A stretch of 64,000 nucleotides of DNA, taken from NCBI RefSeq assembly GCF_041146345.1, contig NW_027191413.1, positions 2,356,001 to 2,420,000 of the forward strand, given 5' to 3'. The stretch comes from Neodothiora populina. Taxonomy: Eukaryota. Positions 62,313 to 64,000 of the stretch are shown piece by piece. Both the position numbers and the translations under genes were made by a program. The notes beneath the pieces are model-generated. The model was not told the origin of the DNA, did not search any database, and saw nothing but the letters and a program-made list of their open reading frames with translations. Positions within the stretch are counted from its first letter, which is position 1; the number at the start of each line of letters is the position of its first letter.

Positions 62313-63708
62313 TTACTGTGACCCATAGTCAGCACCCATGCCGTTGTCCATGCCCATTGCCGAGTGGTTGTGGTTGCCTACCTTCATTGGCGCAAAGTTG
62401 CCGTAAGGGTGTTGAGGAGGCATACCAGGCATGCCCATCTGGGGGTACGCTGCAGGCGGAGGAGGCGCCGGGCGGTAGGGAGTGCCGGCGGGACCAGAGT
62501 TGTTCTGGCTGCGACCCCAGCTGAGACGCACGCGAGAGTTGCCGATAGGGTAGCCCTGCATCTGGTTGATGGCCATCTCGGCCGCGTGACGCTGCACAAA
62601 CTGTACGAAACCGCAGCCCTTGCCGGGGGGGATCTTGACGTAGGTGATCTCACCGAATCCCTGGAAGAACGATCTGAGTTCATCCTCGGTCACATATCCA
62701 GAAAGACCGCCGACGAAAACGGTCGTGTTGTTCGGATCGGTGAACTGGTTCATTGGCTGCGGCGCAGCACCATAGTAGCCCATTGGGGGAGCACCCATTC
62801 CGTACATGCCCATAGGTCCACCGGGCATGCCACCCATGGCGCCGCCAGGACCCATGCCTGCGTTCTTGTTCTTGGGCGTCGCGGTGGAGATGCGCATGGG
62901 ACGGTTGCCGCAGTAAACGCCTTGCATCTCGGTGAGGGCTCGCTGCTGGTCGGCCTCATCGGAGAAGCGCACGAAACCGTAACCGCGAGAGAGGCCGCTG
63001 ATGGGGTCTGACATGATCTTGGCCGATTTGCATGATGGGAAGCGGTTCTGGAAGATGCTGACGAGCACGTATTCGTTGACCTCGGGGCCGAGATCGCCGA
63101 CAAAGATAGAGAACTCGGGACCACGGTCGTCGCGGCTGCGATCGGCAAGGCCACCTCCAGATGCCCAGTTGAGCTTGAAGGGGCGGTTCGAGTTGGGAAT
63201 GAGAGATCCGTTGAGGGCGAGAGCCTTCTGAGCTGCGTCAGGGCTCTCAAAATCAACGAAACAATATCCAGCATTACTTCTGGCCCAGAGATTAGTGCCT
63301 TCTCTTCCATTTTTGCACCATGGATCGCGTGTTAGACCTACCCGGAGAATTTGTCCCTGATCATCTTAACGTTAACCTGGTAGCCCATGCCGAACCAAAC
63401 ACTTCTCACAAAGTTCTCGTCGATCCATGGCTCGAGCTCGCCCATCCTATCATTTGAATCAGTCCCATCCCAAACACTCTTGCATTTTGCGACACGCACC
63501 AGAGGGTGGTTTTAGCATCGCCAGAAGACTGGGCGGAGGCTGGGGCACCTGGGGCACCAGCGGGAGCACCCTGGAACTGGCCTTGCTGACCGTCCAGAGG
63601 CTGACCCATTGGTGGCTGCTGAGGCTGTGCGCCAGCGGGTCCAGGCGCGACCGATTCGTCGTTAGGCTGCTGAGCCTGGAAAGACTCGCCGAACTGTTGG
63701 AAGCTCAT
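62313..63708 (-). CDS. NAM8: Three-RRM RNA-binding protein Nam8/Ngr1/Csx1 family
   Basis: Exons 63708-63500, 63446-63342, 63279-62382 and a final stop-only exon 62315-62313; TLWMGELEPW, FKLNWA, IFVGDL, SRGYGFVRF, DPNNTTVFVGGL, RVRLSWG. Probable 5'-UTR intron 63841-63759. Confidence 0.9.
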
Positions 63709-64000
63709 GTTGAGTTGTGTGTTGATATGAAAAGATTATCAATGAAGAGAATATTTATCTGTCCACGCGAAGAGGAAGGTTAGCAATGAGCGAGTGGTGA
63801 TTCGTTATAGCAACAAGTCAGAGGCCAAGTCAATGACGTACGAGCGAGATTGAAGAAGTAGATTGAAACTACTTGTCGTGACCGTGAATCGTTTGGACTT
63901 GTCGGAAAACGTCGAGAGATGAAGCTTGACAGACGGCGCGCAATCAAGGATTTGAACGCGCGATAATAGCTTGACGATAGAGTGCAGTTCCGAGTTGAGG

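Noticed and set aside
1..64000. tRNA, rRNA, CRISPR array, intact transposon or secondary-metabolite cluster
   Set aside because: No cloverleaf, repeat-spacer array, transposase/RT motifs or PKS/NRPS domains seen; laeA stands among housekeeping genes.

Overview
Eukaryotic, intron-rich fungal DNA (filamentous ascomycete, Pezizomycotina; the protein style suggests a Eurotiomycete/black-yeast lineage, which is an inference). By hand-splicing the ORF track I resolve 22 protein-coding genes, mostly conserved housekeeping: a CNBP/Gis2 zinc-knuckle protein (5'-truncated), RRP7, a short/branched acyl-CoA dehydrogenase, laeA, RDH54, a SPRY protein, an MBL-fold protein, HRD3, SLO1/SCOC, a GT34 glycosyltransferase, SEC63, ARL3, GTR2, a cytochrome b5-like MAPR, RPS25, two hypotheticals, ADO1, PDE1, eEF1B-gamma, MRPS9 and NAM8. 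Two intronic box C/D snoRNAs are present: a clear snR38 homolog in the eEF1B-gamma intron, and a candidate in the 611-nt last intron of adenosine kinase. No prokaryote-type system, CRISPR array, tRNA or intact transposon is visible. The most unusual locus is ADO1: it has an intronic snoRNA aimed at an 18S site I do not recall as methylated in budding yeast, a competing hairpin, a stop-free intron with in-frame alternative acceptors, an internal copy of the splice junction, and an upstream in-frame presequence-like extension. GTR2 has its catalytic Gln replaced by His and a complex structured leader. A TACWGTA motif recurs in intergenic DNA. All splice models and alignments were done by eye, without database searches.
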